This document shows positions 10,043-21,124 of a DNA stretch of 64,000 bases, piece by piece. Each line of letters begins with the position of its first letter. Position 1 is the stretch's first letter. This DNA comes from an uncultured Pseudomonadota bacterium. Lineage in GTDB: Bacteria > Oederibacteriota > Muellerivitia > Muellerivitales > Muellerivitaceae. A program made the position numbers and the translations under genes. Below the pieces are notes generated by a model. That model was not told the DNA's origin. It searched no databases and saw nothing but the letters and a program-made list of their open reading frames with translations. The stretch is taken from the NCBI GenBank assembly GCA_963770835.1, contig CAVYRH010000004.1, forward strand, positions 224,001 to 288,000. The letters are read 5' to 3'.

Positions 10043-11791
10043 CTAAATCTGGATGATTTTATTTTTCCGATCCAGGTAGTCCTTCAAAACGTACTGGGTC
10101 AGCTTGTCCGGGGCGGGATAGATGAGGCGGCCCTTGTTGACGCGGTGCATCTTCTCCAGGAACTCTCCCTCGCCGAAATAGCCCGTGTCGTACTCATTGC
10201 CCATCATGAAGGTGTTGATGGTGATGTTCTCGTCGGTGACGGCCTTTACCTCCCGCAAAGTGCGTTGGTAGGTGCGCTCATTGGGAGGATAAGTGAGGTA
10301 CAGGAAGGAACCGTCATAAAAGGCCGTGGGGGCGCCGTCGGTGATTAAGAGGATGCTGCGGTTCTTGGTGTCGGAATTGGCCAGGAGAACCCGGGCCAGT
10401 TCCAGCCCCTTCTGCAAGTTCGTGAAATGCTCGGGGATCATGTCCCGGCTACGCTGGTCGACTTCCCTGGAAAAATCCACGCGCATATTGATCGCCCCGC
10501 CCATCACGCTGATGGGCTTGGGGGCAAGCTCCGGGATGGCGCCCACGGAGACCTGTTTGGCGAAGGTGGAAAAGCACACGAAGTACAGTTTGTCCTCGGG
10601 ATACTCGGTGCGGATGAGGGCGTCCAGCGCCAGGGCCAGCTTCTTGGCGTTGTAAAAGCGGCCAAAGCGGGCCATGGAGCCCGACTGGTCGATGAGCATG
10701 ACGATGGCCGAGGAGGCCGCGCCCTTGGTCTGGTGCACCATGAAGTCCCGGCTGTCGATCTGGATGCGGCCCTGGGCGCCCCCGCCGGGCGCGCCCGCCT
10801 GCCGGATGGCGGAGTTCAGGAGGCTGGAGGGCAAGTCCAGGTTGGTCAGGGAATCCCCGAACTCGTAAGGCTTGGTGACCGTCATTTCCACGTTGCCGTC
10901 GCCCGTGTAGGTGGCGTGGTGGCGGCCCAGGCCGTCGGTGAAGAGGCGGGAGAAGACCTCCTTAAGCGCCTTCTCGCCGATCTTGCGGGCGGCCCCGGGC
11001 GTGATCTTGTAGATGTCCGTCTCCTCGTCGTAATCCACGTCGCCGGTGGCCTTCAGGGCCTCGGTAAACTGTTGCCGAAGTTCGTCGCGTTTGGCGGCCA
11101 GGGCCTGGGCCGCTTCCTTGCCCAGGATCTGCTCCAAGGTCTCCACTTCCATATTGAAGAGGTCGCCATATTCCAGGGCGTCCTTCAACTGCTGTTCCAG
11201 GGATTCCAGGGCATCCAACTTTTCCTTCATCCGCTCCGCTTCCGGCGGGGTGGGGGTTTTGGGGCCCGTGAAATCGTGGCGGTTGTAAAGCTCCGAGAGG
11301 GAATTCATGCTTTGGACGAGGTAGTTCAACTGTTGCAGGAGCTCGCGGGCCTTATCGGCGGTGTCGTTCCGCAAGCGGGAAAGCTGCCAGTCGAGGGTGT
11401 AGAGGGCGGAGGGGTTGCGGGTTTGAAGGGCCTCCTCCAGCTTGCGGGAGAGGTCCTTGTCCTTCAGCTTGGCGGCCAACTGTTCCAGCTCCATACTTTT
11501 GCGGCGGATTTCCTGTTCCAACTCGTTCAAGAGCTTGTCTAGGCGGTAACCCTCGAGGATCTCCTTCTTCTGCTTCTCCAGTTCGTCCAGGTAACCCTTA
11601 ATCAGGTCTTCCAGGCCGCTGGTTTTGAGGAACTGGTTGTAGGGGATTCCCTTTTCCTGCAGGTGCCGCAGGGCCTCGTCGAAGGTGACGTGGTACTGCA
11701 TCATCAGTTCCTTCACGGCGTTGACCAGGTCCTCAATCGTGAAAGGGGGTTTTTCGGGTTCGTGCCATTCGGAATAATCGTGGGTGATCAT
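10043..11791 (-). CDS. VWA-domain protein (partner of the adjacent AAA ATPase)
   Basis: [32 protein letters not shown] motif; N-terminal coiled coil. Confidence 0.88.
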   Translation of the reverse strand: MITHDYSEWHEPEKPPFTIEDLVNAVKELMMQYHVTFDEALRHLQEKGIPYNQFLKTSGLEDLIKGYLDELEKQKKEILEGYRLDKLLNELEQEIRRKSMELEQLAAKLKDKDLSRKLEEALQTRNPSALYTLDWQLSRLRNDTADKARELLQQLNYLVQSMNSLSELYNRHDFTGPKTPTPPEAERMKEKLDALESLEQQLKDALEYGDLFNMEVETLEQILGKEAAQALAAKRDELRQQFTEALKATGDVDYDEETDIYKITPGAARKIGEKALKEVFSRLFTDGLGRHHATYTGDGNVEMTVTKPYEFGDSLTNLDLPSSLLNSAIRQAGAPGGGAQGRIQIDSRDFMVHQTKGAASSAIVMLIDQSGSMARFGRFYNAKKLALALDALIRTEYPEDKLYFVCFSTFAKQVSVGAIPELAPKPISVMGGAINMRVDFSREVDQRSRDMIPEHFTNLQKGLELARVLLANSDTKNRSILLITDGAPTAFYDGSFLYLTYPPNERTYQRTLREVKAVTDENITINTFMMGNEYDTGYFGEGEFLEKMHRVNKGRLIYPAPDKLTQYVLKDYLDRKNKIIQI

Positions 11792-11811
11792 GACAACCTC
11801 AAAACCAGTTG

Positions 11812-11914
11812 AACCACCAAGGCACCAAGACACCAAGAACAGCAAAAGATAAGATGAATCTTGGAATGTTTAACCATTTTAAGTCTTTCTTGGTGACTTG
11901 GTTTCTTGGTGGTT
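11812..11914. repeat. Long palindromic element, 3x caccaag arms
   Basis: aaccaccaaggcaccaagacaccaagaa ... ttcttggtgacttggtttcttggtggtt around an AT-rich spacer. Confidence 0.85.
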
Positions 11915-13337
11915 AACTCTTCTTTTTGGGTGTGCCGGATGTCTGGTAATCCATCATCTCCCCCACTTTAGTGCGGGAAAGCCGGCCCGAGAGGTGCAAC
12001 CCCTCGAGCACGAATTCCACGCAGGAAGCCTGGTAGGCCTCCCCGTTCTTGCCGGTCAAATGGTGCACGGGCTCCCAAATTTGCGGCAATTGGGAAATGA
12101 CGTTCTTGTAGTCGGAGGAAGGCGTCAGTTCCGAAATCCGCACGTGCTTTTCGCCGCTCAGGTCGGGGGCGGTCAACTCCAAATGGCCCTTTTCCATATA
12201 TTCCTTAAAGACCTGGGCCACGGCTTTGTCCATGATCTTGCCGAAAACCTGGAACTCGGTGACGGTCTCCTCGCGGAAGGGGTCCAACTCGATCTTGCCC
12301 GCCGAGGAGGTGTAAAGGTAGTTCAGGTCCGACATGCGGGGAACGGCCTCGGCCTCCCCCAGGATGACGGCGCGACGGCGGGAGTTGGCGATCATGGTCT
12401 CGTAGTTGGCGATGGAAAGCCGGGCCGACACGCCCGACTTCTGGTTCACATAGGGGCTCTTGCGCGCCTCCATGGTGATCTGCTCGATAATGTCGGTCAT
12501 GAAATCGGGCACACAAAGCTTGATCTCCCCGTCGGCTGGCACGCGGGCTTCCTGTTGGATGATCTTGATACCCAACTCCCGCGTGAGGGGGTAGTGGGTG
12601 CGGATTTCGGCGCCGATACGGTCCTTTAACTGGGTGATGATCTTGCCCGCCCGGGTGTACTCCTCCGGGTTGGCGGTGAAAAGGAGGATCAAGTCCAGGT
12701 CGAAGCGGATGGGATAGCCCCGCACTTGGATGTCGCGTTCCTCCAGGATATTAAAAAGGGCCACCTGTACCAGGTATTCCAGGTCGGGAAGCTCGTTCAC
12801 GGCGAAGATGCCCCGGTTCATGCGGGGGATCAGGCCGAAATGGATGGCTTCCTCGGAAGCCAGGGGGTTCCCAGCCGCCACCTTGGCGGGGTCCAGGTCG
12901 CCGATCAGGTCCGCGATCTTGGTGCCGGGGGAAAGGCGCTCGCCGTAGCGTGCCTCCCGGCCGATCCATTCGATTTCCAGGTTGTCCCCGTGCTCGGCCA
13001 GCTTTTTGCGGCAGGCCGCGCAAATGGGGTGGTAGGGATGGTCGTGGATCTCACAGCCCCGCACGATGGGCATTTCCTCGTCCAAAAACCGCACCAGCGA
13101 CCGCATGAGGCGGCTCTTGGCCTGGCCCTTTTCCCCCAGGAGCACGATGTCGTGGTGGGAAAGCACCGCGTTAGTCAGCTGGGGAACGACGGTCTCCTCG
13201 AACCCATGGATTTGGGGAAAAAGGGGCTCGCCGGAGCGCAGTTGCTTGAGGACGTTGCGCTCCAGCTCTTCTTTCACGGAGAAATCGGCATAGCCGGAAG
13301 CGCGCAATTCTTTTAGATTCGTCGGTTTGGACGGCAT
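11913..13337 (-). CDS. Magnesium chelatase-like AAA+ ATPase
   Basis: Walker A variant GEKGQAKS; NRGIFAVNELPDL; TANPEEYT.GKIITQLKDRIGAEIRTHYP. Confidence 0.88.
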   Translation of the reverse strand: MPSKPTNLKELRASGYADFSVKEELERNVLKQLRSGEPLFPQIHGFEETVVPQLTNAVLSHHDIVLLGEKGQAKSRLMRSLVRFLDEEMPIVRGCEIHDHPYHPICAACRKKLAEHGDNLEIEWIGREARYGERLSPGTKIADLIGDLDPAKVAAGNPLASEEAIHFGLIPRMNRGIFAVNELPDLEYLVQVALFNILEERDIQVRGYPIRFDLDLILLFTANPEEYTRAGKIITQLKDRIGAEIRTHYPLTRELGIKIIQQEARVPADGEIKLCVPDFMTDIIEQITMEARKSPYVNQKSGVSARLSIANYETMIANSRRRAVILGEAEAVPRMSDLNYLYTSSAGKIELDPFREETVTEFQVFGKIMDKAVAQVFKEYMEKGHLELTAPDLSGEKHVRISELTPSSDYKNVISQLPQIWEPVHHLTGKNGEAYQASCVEFVLEGLHLSGRLSRTKVGEMMDYQTSGTPKKKS

Positions 13338-13445
13338 AGGTTCCTTCAATCGAGGGTGGAAATAAAGCCAAAAACCTTTTGAACAGCAAGGCCCAACCGC
13401 AACCTTTTTATCTTACGGGCTGGAAAGCATCCGAAGCAAGGGCCC

Positions 13446-15275
13446 TCAGGGAATCACCCCCGCGGCCCGATAAACCCTCCAGATGCCGGTTAAGGAGGGA
13501 TGGCCGTTTGAAGGGCAGTCTTGGAAATGCCTCAGGCGAAGGCCCGTGAAAGCCAGGGGGGAGGAATTCCGAAGGACGGCGGAGTTGATTTCCAGGACGA
13601 TACCCGATTTCCGGAACAAAAGGGAAGGATCGCGGGAAAGATAGTAGCGGTGGAAGGCTCCGTTAAAGTAAGAGAAGGCCACGGGCCTTTCGCCCGCGCT
13701 TTTATCCACAATCTCGGAGGCCGCCTGGGCGATCCGGGTGAAATGGTCGGGAAAGGAAAGCGGGTCGGCGGCCAATCCCAATTCGGGATAATTTTTTTCG
13801 GTTTGGGCCACGCCCCAGGTTTCAAACAAGGTGAAGGACGGGATCATTTTAACGTCCGGCCGCTGGCCAAGCACCTCCCGCAGGTAGTACAAGGAAAAAT
13901 AATCCTCATCCCCTTCGGCGAAAAAAACGGAATTCCGGGGAATGGACTTCAAAAGATTTTCGCCGTAATCATAGGCGAGGGTTTGTTTTTCCTGGCTTAC
14001 CCTGCCCCAACCCTGGATCACCATCAGGCATGGCACCAAGACCAGGACCCAAAGAAAAGAAGGCCTTGGCCGGGTGGAAGTGGTAAGGAGGGATGCCAGG
14101 AAGAGAATACCCGCTCCGGTGAGGAAGGCCGTCATCCAGTTGAGGGGCAAAAGGAAGTTGTCCAAAATCCATTTTTGATCGGGGTCGTCCTGGATAAAAA
14201 GGGTGGAAAGGAGCGCCAAAAGGAGGACTAAGACGGAAGCCAGGAGGAACAAAAGGATTTTCCTTTCCCCGGACCGCCACCAGGCCCAGGCGCCCAGAAT
14301 GGCGAACATGAGGGCGATGAGCCCCATATCCTCCCAGAGGTGGGAGGGAATGTGGGAAACCTGGGCCCGGCCGATGAGGCCTAAAAGATGAAAGAACTGC
14401 CCGGGTGAGGAAGTGCCGTCAAACACGTGGACCAGTACTCCCCAGATCCCCACTTCGCGGTCGGCCACGTAATGCCGCGACAGGTCGGCGGCGAAATTGC
14501 CCCAAGTGTCGGGAGCGCCCAGGTTGAGGACGGGATGGAGGTGAGCCCGCAAGGGCAGGTAGAGAAGGGGTGAGACGCCCAGGAGAAGAAAAACCAGGGA
14601 GCGGGCCAAGGGGGGAACGAGACGTTGGAGTTTGAAAGGCTTGGCAATCGAAAGGAAAAAGAAAACCAAAAGGCCAGGCAGCAATAGGGCCTGGGTTTCC
14701 CAATGGTTGGAAAGGCCCAAACCCACCAGGAAAACGCTAAGGAGCGGCCACCGATATTTCCGTGAAGCCGAACTTTCAAAACGAATCAGACAACCCAGCA
14801 GGGCCAGGCAAAGACAAGCCGCCAGCAGGTAAATGCCCCCTTTGGCCCCCAGGGCGTTGCGCCAAAAAGTAGGGGAGAAGGCCAAAAAGAGGGGGGCAAG
14901 GCAGGCGGCCCCAAGGGTCCATCCTTTTGCCGGGGAATCCTTTTGAATCAAGGGGAGAAAAGCCAGGAGGTTCGCCGCCAAAAAGCAAACCGCCAGGGAG
15001 GCCAGGAAGGCGGAAATCAAATTGATTCGGAAGGAAGGGCATCCCAGGGGAAGAAAGCCTGGAATCCTCATCAGCAAGGCGGCCAAGGCATAGCCGGGGG
15101 GATGCTGGAGACCAAGGGTGATACCGGCCGTAACCGTCTCGGCCGAATCGTCATTGGGGAAGGCGGGATTGAGGGTGAGAAGGTTAACCCCGAAGCAAGC
15201 CAGGAAAAGAACCGCAAGCCACAACCCCGGGTCAGTCCCAGAACCCTTTTTTCTATTTGGAAGCTGCTGTTTCAA
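13446..15275 (-). CDS. DUF2723/TMEM260-like GT-C membrane protein (putative protein O-glycosyltransferase)
   Basis: DDSAE...LGLQHPPGY, GLSNH, LYLPLRA, WGNF, GDEDYF motifs. Confidence 0.82.
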   Translation of the reverse strand: MKQQLPNRKKGSGTDPGLWLAVLFLACFGVNLLTLNPAFPNDDSAETVTAGITLGLQHPPGYALAALLMRIPGFLPLGCPSFRINLISAFLASLAVCFLAANLLAFLPLIQKDSPAKGWTLGAACLAPLFLAFSPTFWRNALGAKGGIYLLAACLCLALLGCLIRFESSASRKYRWPLLSVFLVGLGLSNHWETQALLLPGLLVFFFLSIAKPFKLQRLVPPLARSLVFLLLGVSPLLYLPLRAHLHPVLNLGAPDTWGNFAADLSRHYVADREVGIWGVLVHVFDGTSSPGQFFHLLGLIGRAQVSHIPSHLWEDMGLIALMFAILGAWAWWRSGERKILLFLLASVLVLLLALLSTLFIQDDPDQKWILDNFLLPLNWMTAFLTGAGILFLASLLTTSTRPRPSFLWVLVLVPCLMVIQGWGRVSQEKQTLAYDYGENLLKSIPRNSVFFAEGDEDYFSLYYLREVLGQRPDVKMIPSFTLFETWGVAQTEKNYPELGLAADPLSFPDHFTRIAQAASEIVDKSAGERPVAFSYFNGAFHRYYLSRDPSLLFRKSGIVLEINSAVLRNSSPLAFTGLRLRHFQDCPSNGHPSLTGIWRVYRAAGVIP

Positions 15276-15433
15276 AAGGCCGCCTTGTTTGGAAATCCAA
15301 GGCCATTATAAACGTTGGAAAGGGCCAGCCGGTTTTTGATCCAAGGGAGGGTTGAAAAAAGGCGAATCTTCCCTGAGATTCAGTTAAAATAACTTTATTC
15401 CCTTCAACGACACAATTTCTTCAAAGAGACCCC

Positions 15434-17048
15434 ATGCCCGACCTGATTGAGACCCCAAGACAGGCTTTTCTTTCCGCCGAGCCTAAAGTGACCCTGGTCA
15501 ACAGCTTCGCCCGGCCCTTCGACAACGCCGTGGCCACGGCCCGTACCTGTTATTCCAGCAAGGGTATCATCACCGCCGAGCAGGTGGCGGGGGAAGGGCT
15601 GGACGAGGAGAAGCGCGAGGAACGCCGCCAAAAACGCGACGATCTGGCCCGGTCCATCTACAAGGCGGGCCACCACACCACCCTGCAGCACGCCCATTTC
15701 CAGTTCGCCCTGGAGAACGTCTCCCGGCAGTTCATCTGGAGTTTCCTGCACAGCCATCCCTTCTACAACTCCGAGCAGGTGTCCCAGCGCTACGTGACGG
15801 TCGACCCCACTCAGATTGGCCATGCCCCCCTTGTCGCGGGAGGCGGCCAAGGTCTACCAGTGCAGCCGTTGCCTTCCAGACCCAAGCCTATCAGGACCTC
15901 ACCGAAAACCTGAAGCCGCTGGTGGAGCGGGAATACCTGGCGCGGTTCAAGCACGCGGACCCCAAGGGCAAGAAGGTCGCTCGCTGGCGGTCCAGAAGAA
16001 ATCCCAGGAAGTGGCCCGGTACGTCTTGCCCGTGGCCACCTTCGCCTATCTTTACCACACGGTCTCCGGCCTGACCCTTTTGCGCTATTGGAGGCTTTGC
16101 CAGACCTTCGACGCGCCCCTGGAACAGCGGTTGGTCATCGGGAAGATGGTCGAGGAGGTTTTGAAGGAAGCGCCCGACTACAGGGCCATCCTGGAACAAC
16201 CGCTGGACTTTCGAATCCACTCCCGAAGCCCAGATGTACGAGAACCTTCCACGCCACCGCCGCCACCCATAAGGCTTTCCGGGAGGAGTTCGACGCCTCC
16301 CTGGAAGGGCGCACTTCCAAGCTGGTGGACTATTCCAAGGAAGGGGAGAAGATGCTGGCCTCCGCCGTGCGGGAAGTTTTCGGCCTGCCCTCCTCCGCCC
16401 TCTCGGATGACGAGGCCATCGCCCTGGCCCTGGACCCCGCCAAGAACAAGTACCTGGGCGAAACCCTGAACGTCACCACCCACAGCAAGCTTTCGCGGGC
16501 GCTCTTCCATCCCCATTACACCTTCCGCAAGAAGATCTCCCACACAGGGGATTCACAGGACCAGCGGCACCGCATGACGCCCGCTTCCCGGCCCATCCTG
16601 CACGCCCTGACCCTGGACGAGCCCGATTACCTTGTTCCGGTGCTGTTGAAGCAGGACACCGGCCCTGGAGAAGGAATACGGCGAGATCATGAACCGGACC
16701 TGGGAAGCCATCGGCCAACTGCGGAAGATGGGTGTTTCCGACGAGTTCGCGGCCTATCTGCTGCCCAACGCAGTGTCGGTGCGCTTCACCGAATCGGCGG
16801 ACCTCTTGAACCTGCACCACAAGCACGCCATGAGGCTTTGCTACAACGCCCAGGAAGAAATCTGGAAGGCCTCGGTGGACGAGGCCCAGCAGGTGCGGGA
16901 AGTCCACCCCCGCATCGGAAAGTGGCTCTTGCCGCCCTGTGGCCTAAGGGCCTTCGCGGGGACGCTCCCCAAGTGCCCCGAGGGCGACCGCTTCTGCGGC
17001 GTGGTGGTCTGGAAGAAGGATTTGAAGGAGTATCAGAGGGTCATTTAA
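15434..17048 (+). pseudogene. thyX: Two-domain FAD-dependent thymidylate synthase with about six frameshifts (decay or sequencing error)
   Basis: TARTCYS, GHHTTLQH, SEQVSQRY, QEVARYVLP, SQDQRHR, YLLPNA, RLCYNAQEEI motifs spread over different frames. Confidence 0.85.
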
Positions 17049-17074
17049 AGTCTTCGACGATCAGGAGGGACGGG

Positions 17075-17581
17075 ATGAAAAGATATCTTCCCTTTGTGGT
17101 TCTCCTGTTGCTCTTTTCAACCGCCTTGCCCGTCCTGGCGAAAAAGAAGAAAACGCCTACCCCGACTCCCACAGCAGTTCCCGCTGTTTCCCCCAACTTG
17201 GCCATGATGCAGAAGTCCCTGCGGTTTTATGTTTATGAAAAAAGCAGCGACGTGGTATCGGACGTCAGCGGGCTTTTCGATTCCAAGGCCCAGAAGATCA
17301 CCCTGAAGTGCGAATTAAAGAACCAGACGGGGAGGGAAATCCACGGAGTGCGGGGCACGATCTGGTTCACGACCCTCTTCGGGGAATACATCGCGAACGT
17401 TTATATCGAATCCACCACCGTGATTCCCCCTGGGGAAGTGGTGGGGGTCAATTGGGATATTCCCACCGACCGTCTCATGCCCGAAACCTTCGACAAGCTC
17501 AAAAAGGCCAAGCTGGATCAGGTAAAACAAACCTGGTATCCCAGCATGATCGTCTTCACTGACGGGACCATCCTTAAGTAA
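17075..17581 (+). CDS. Secreted hypothetical protein
   Basis: RBS aggagg; signal peptide MKRYLPFVVLLLLFSTALPVLA; TPTPTPT linker; this is the C-terminal part of the track ORF 16088-17581. Confidence 0.75.
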   Translation: MKRYLPFVVLLLLFSTALPVLAKKKKTPTPTPTAVPAVSPNLAMMQKSLRFYVYEKSSDVVSDVSGLFDSKAQKITLKCELKNQTGREIHGVRGTIWFTTLFGEYIANVYIESTTVIPPGEVVGVNWDIPTDRLMPETFDKLKKAKLDQVKQTWYPSMIVFTDGTILK

Positions 17582-17598
17582 CAAAACAAAAACCATTC

Positions 17599-17680
17599 AG
17601 CCACGGATGCACACGGATAAGATTTAAATCCAAAGAATTTTGTTTTCATCATCCGCGTTAATCCGTGTGCATCTGTGGCT
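17599..17680. repeat. Long palindromic element, cacggat arms
   Basis: agccacggatgcacacggat ... atccgcgttaatccgtgtgcatctgtggct. Confidence 0.85.
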
Positions 17681-17737
17681 AAATAGTCTTTGGAATTCGG
17701 TATTGATTTGTTTTGATCCGTGGCTACAATCCTGGCC

Positions 17738-18466
17738 ATGAAACCTTCCCGGTTGGCCCTTTTCGATATCGACGGCACCATCCTCACCACCGTGCGCAAG
17801 GCCTGGGAGAATCCCTTCAAAGATGCCATGGAGCAAGCCTTCGCTGACGAGGGTGATCCCCACCCGATTGATACAAGCAAATACCGCCCTGGCGGAAAAA
17901 CCGATACCCAGATCATCTATGAGATCCTCGGCCAAAACGGGATTGAGGAAACGCGGATCGGACGGCTACTTCTCAAAATCAAGGCCAAGTACCTGGCGCT
18001 CCTCAAGGAAGTGATCGGGGAGAGTCCCGATTACGTGACCCTAAAGCCCGGAATCCAAGAGCTCTTAGCCGAGTTACATACCCATCCGGATGTTCTTTTG
18101 GGCCTTCTAACCGGTAATTTCGAGGAGGGGGCCCGTATCAAGCTGGGGGCTCACGGATTGAATCAATACTTCAGCTTTGGCGCTTTCGGGGATGCCGCTC
18201 GGCAAAGGTCCGAGCTTCCTCAGAGGGCCGTGGATGCCGCCAAGCATCACAAGGGCCATCATTTCTCGGCGAAGGAAATTGTAATTATTGGGGATACTCC
18301 CAATGACATCCATTGCGGGCGGCACTTGCAGGTGCGCACGATCGCCGTTGCCACTGGGCCGTTTACCCTGGAGCAATTGGAAGCCGAGAAGCCGGATTTC
18401 GTTTTTGTTAATTTTTTGGACAAGGAAAAAGTCATTTCCGCCATCCTGGATCATCTGCCGCATTGA
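17738..18466 (+). CDS. HAD-superfamily hydrolase
   Basis: LFDIDGT, GKTD, LTGN, GAFGD, IGDTPND motifs. Confidence 0.92.
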   Translation: MKPSRLALFDIDGTILTTVRKAWENPFKDAMEQAFADEGDPHPIDTSKYRPGGKTDTQIIYEILGQNGIEETRIGRLLLKIKAKYLALLKEVIGESPDYVTLKPGIQELLAELHTHPDVLLGLLTGNFEEGARIKLGAHGLNQYFSFGAFGDAARQRSELPQRAVDAAKHHKGHHFSAKEIVIIGDTPNDIHCGRHLQVRTIAVATGPFTLEQLEAEKPDFVFVNFLDKEKVISAILDHLPH

Positions 18467-18590
18467 CATTAATATTTCGCTGGATAAACCGCTTTCCCTA
18501 GCCAGGTTCCCGTTTCTTTGTAACCTTTCCCAACCGTCCTTGTATTTATCAAGCACACCGCTTGTTCAGAATACGGGGAGGTTTTTCACC

Positions 18591-19280
18591 ATGAAGAAGG
18601 CCTATTATTTCGCCGCTTTAATCCTGATTGCCGCCGGTTCGATGGTTTTGACCGGTTGTCCCAACAATAGTTACAGCCCCAGTTCCCCCATGTACCCGAC
18701 CAACACGCCGGTCCCATCCGGCCCCACGGGAACCCCCACTGGAACTCCGACAAAAACCGCCACTGGGACCGTCACGGGAACCCCTACGAATAGTTCCACT
18801 CCCACTTTGACGGGAACCCCCACACAAACGGCTACCGTAACCCCCACGGCGACCATTACCGACACACCTACAGTGACCAACACCGCGACCATCACCAATA
18901 CCCCGACTGCCACCCCCACCGCCGCACCCGTTACCATCACGGTTTCAGAAGCTTCCTCAGGCTTGGACGTCACGGGGTACATTTATACGTCGTCCAGCGG
19001 AACCAACGGCACAGGAGGCCTTCTCACGCTCACGGCCAATGTGGGCGATACCATTACGTTTGATTCACTAGCCGCCACAGGGTTTCATCCGCTTTATTTC
19101 GACAACGGATCAACCACTTGCATTTTTACCGGCGCCACTTCCAGCCAGTCCTATGTCTTTCCGGCGGCGGGAACCTATTATTTCCACTGCGGCAACCACG
19201 CCACCAGCTGCAGCCGGGGCAATGGGGCCTGCGGCTCCACCAATTGCAACGGCATGGCGGGCGTGGTGACAGTCAACTAA
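18591..19280 (+). CDS. Lipoprotein: Thr/Pro stalk plus C-terminal cupredoxin (type-1 Cu) domain
   Basis: RBS ggggagg; lipobox LTGC; about 85 aa T/P-rich; VGDTITF, HPLYF, GTYYFHCGNH...GMAGVVTVN. Confidence 0.8.
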   Translation: MKKAYYFAALILIAAGSMVLTGCPNNSYSPSSPMYPTNTPVPSGPTGTPTGTPTKTATGTVTGTPTNSSTPTLTGTPTQTATVTPTATITDTPTVTNTATITNTPTATPTAAPVTITVSEASSGLDVTGYIYTSSSGTNGTGGLLTLTANVGDTITFDSLAATGFHPLYFDNGSTTCIFTGATSSQSYVFPAAGTYYFHCGNHATSCSRGNGACGSTNCNGMAGVVTVN

Positions 19281-19301
19281 CCCTCTCCTACTGGTTTTTG
19301 G

Positions 19302-19334
19302 GGTCCCCGGCCGTCCACCGGGGGCCTTTTATTT
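19302..19334 (+). terminator. Probable Rho-independent terminator
   Basis: ggtccccgg / ccgggggcc stem followed by a T-rich run. Confidence 0.7.
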
Positions 19335-19356
19335 AGTTTTTTGATTTGGGGGTCGC

Positions 19357-20985
19357 ATGAGAAAAAATTTTTTATTCATCATTTGGATGCTTGTGGTTAT
19401 TTCAGGCGGCTTAACGGGTTGTCCCACGCGAAGCATCAACATCCCCACCCAGCCGATAGTCATGACGAACAGCCCTACACCTAATATTCCAACGGGTACT
19501 CCCAGCCTGACGTTCACGGCCACGGTGCCGGGGACTTCCACCTTTACCCGGACGAATACCCCCACCGCTTCGTCGACTTCCGCAAGCACCGGAACGTCGA
19601 CGGCAACCCTCACGCCGACTTTTTCGCCCACGGCCAGTCCCCCCACCACCCCGACAGCTACGATTCCGCCCGCCAATACTTTCACCAATACCCCAACGTC
19701 GAGCCCCACCGATACCCCGTCAGCTGTTTTTACTCCCACCTCCACACCGACTTCAACCATGACGGCTACGGAAACAAATACTTTCACTGTCACAAATACA
19801 CCCACTTCCACGGCTACCCTGACATCGACCAATACCCCGACGACCACCAATAGCTTTACCGCTTCGGCCACTTCCACCAATTCCGCCACCAGCACCGCCA
19901 CCGCGACCGTCACCGACACCTCCACCGTTACGAATACTCCGACCGATACCCCTACCGCAACGCAAACGGCCACGGGTACGAATACCTTTACCGTAACCGA
20001 CACACCCACTTCCACGGCGACCCCAACCCCGACCAATACCTTCACCGTCACCAATACCCCGACGGCCACCAATAGCTTTACCGCTTCGGCCACTTCCACC
20101 AATTCCGCCACCCGCACAGCCACTGCGACCGTTACCGGCACCCCGACAGGGACTTCCACCGCAACGACCACGGCCACGGGCACTTCCACCTTTACCGCAA
20201 CGGATACTCCCACTTCCACGGCTAGCTCGACGCCGACCAACACCTCTACCGTCACCAATACACCGACGGCCACCGGGACCTTTACGGCCTCGGCCACTTC
20301 AACCGACTCCGCCACCCGCACGGCCACTGCGACCGTTACCGGCACCCCGACAGGGACTTCCACCGCAACGACCACGGCCACGGGCACTTCCACCTTTACC
20401 GCAACGGATACTCCCACTTCCACGGCTAGCTCGACGCCGACCAAGACCTCTACCGTCACCAATACACCGACGGCCACCGGGACCTTTACGGCCTCGGCCA
20501 CTTCAACCGACTCCGCCACTGCTACTCCTACCCGAACCACCACGAATACGCCGACCCTTACCCGCACTTCCACATCCACCTTGACCCCCACCTCCACAGC
20601 GACCTCCACGGCCACGGCTACGGTGACTTCCACGCCCACCGCCCCCTCATGGGCCAATACGATATACCCGCTGTTTTCAAGCTCCACCTGCTTCACCTGC
20701 CACGCCAACGGCGCGGCTTCCGGCGGAATGAACCTGGGCAGCCCGCCATCCGCGGCCACTGTTTACGCCCTCTGGGTCGGCACGGGTTCGGGGGGCACGG
20801 CCAGCACAACCAACAACTGCGGGATCACCGATTACGTTTCGCCCGGCAATCCAAGCGCCAGCTTGGTCCTCCAAAAGTTGAACGGTTCCTGCGCGCCTCA
20901 AATGCCGGAGACGGGGGCGCTTTTCACGGCGGCCCAAATCGCCGAGTTCACCGCTTGGATCAACGCGGGAGCGCCCAACAACTGA
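19357..20985 (+). CDS. Lipoprotein: about 400-aa Thr-rich stalk plus C-terminal monoheme cytochrome c domain (planctomycete cytochrome c-like)
   Basis: Lipobox LTGC; IYPLF...CFTCH...GGMNL...[13 protein letters not shown]...QMP...WINAGAPNN. Confidence 0.85.
   Translation: MRKNFLFIIWMLVVISGGLTGCPTRSINIPTQPIVMTNSPTPNIPTGTPSLTFTATVPGTSTFTRTNTPTASSTSASTGTSTATLTPTFSPTASPPTTPTATIPPANTFTNTPTSSPTDTPSAVFTPTSTPTSTMTATETNTFTVTNTPTSTATLTSTNTPTTTNSFTASATSTNSATSTATATVTDTSTVTNTPTDTPTATQTATGTNTFTVTDTPTSTATPTPTNTFTVTNTPTATNSFTASATSTNSATRTATATVTGTPTGTSTATTTATGTSTFTATDTPTSTASSTPTNTSTVTNTPTATGTFTASATSTDSATRTATATVTGTPTGTSTATTTATGTSTFTATDTPTSTASSTPTKTSTVTNTPTATGTFTASATSTDSATATPTRTTTNTPTLTRTSTSTLTPTSTATSTATATVTSTPTAPSWANTIYPLFSSSTCFTCHANGAASGGMNLGSPPSAATVYALWVGTGSGGTASTTNNCGITDYVSPGNPSASLVLQKLNGSCAPQMPETGALFTAAQIAEFTAWINAGAPNN
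20107..20514 (+). repeat. Two near-identical 204-bp (68-aa) tandem repeats inside the stalk
   Basis: Units start gccacccgcac at 20107 and 20311 and differ at about 2 positions; more diverged units lie upstream. Confidence 0.9.
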
Positions 20986-21124
20986 CTGTTCCCGTTTCTA
21001 CCTGATGGATGGAACTCATTGAATTCAGTCTTTTTACGGCACCCGCGCCGTTTTCCCGGGAACTTCTCTTAATAGGCTTGTATTTGCCTTCCCCTCTTTT
21101 GTATAAAGCCAAAGAGGGAACTTC

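Noticed and set aside
16088..17581. 497-aa ORF appearing to fuse thyX to a secreted protein
   Set aside because: Product of the thyX frameshifts; the downstream gene has its own RBS, ATG (17075) and signal peptide
19329..20759. 476-aa Val-rich ORF on the minus strand (also 18671-18982 and 21139-21417)
   Set aside because: Antisense shadow of the Thr-rich repeats; the plus-strand genes have lipoboxes and recognisable domains
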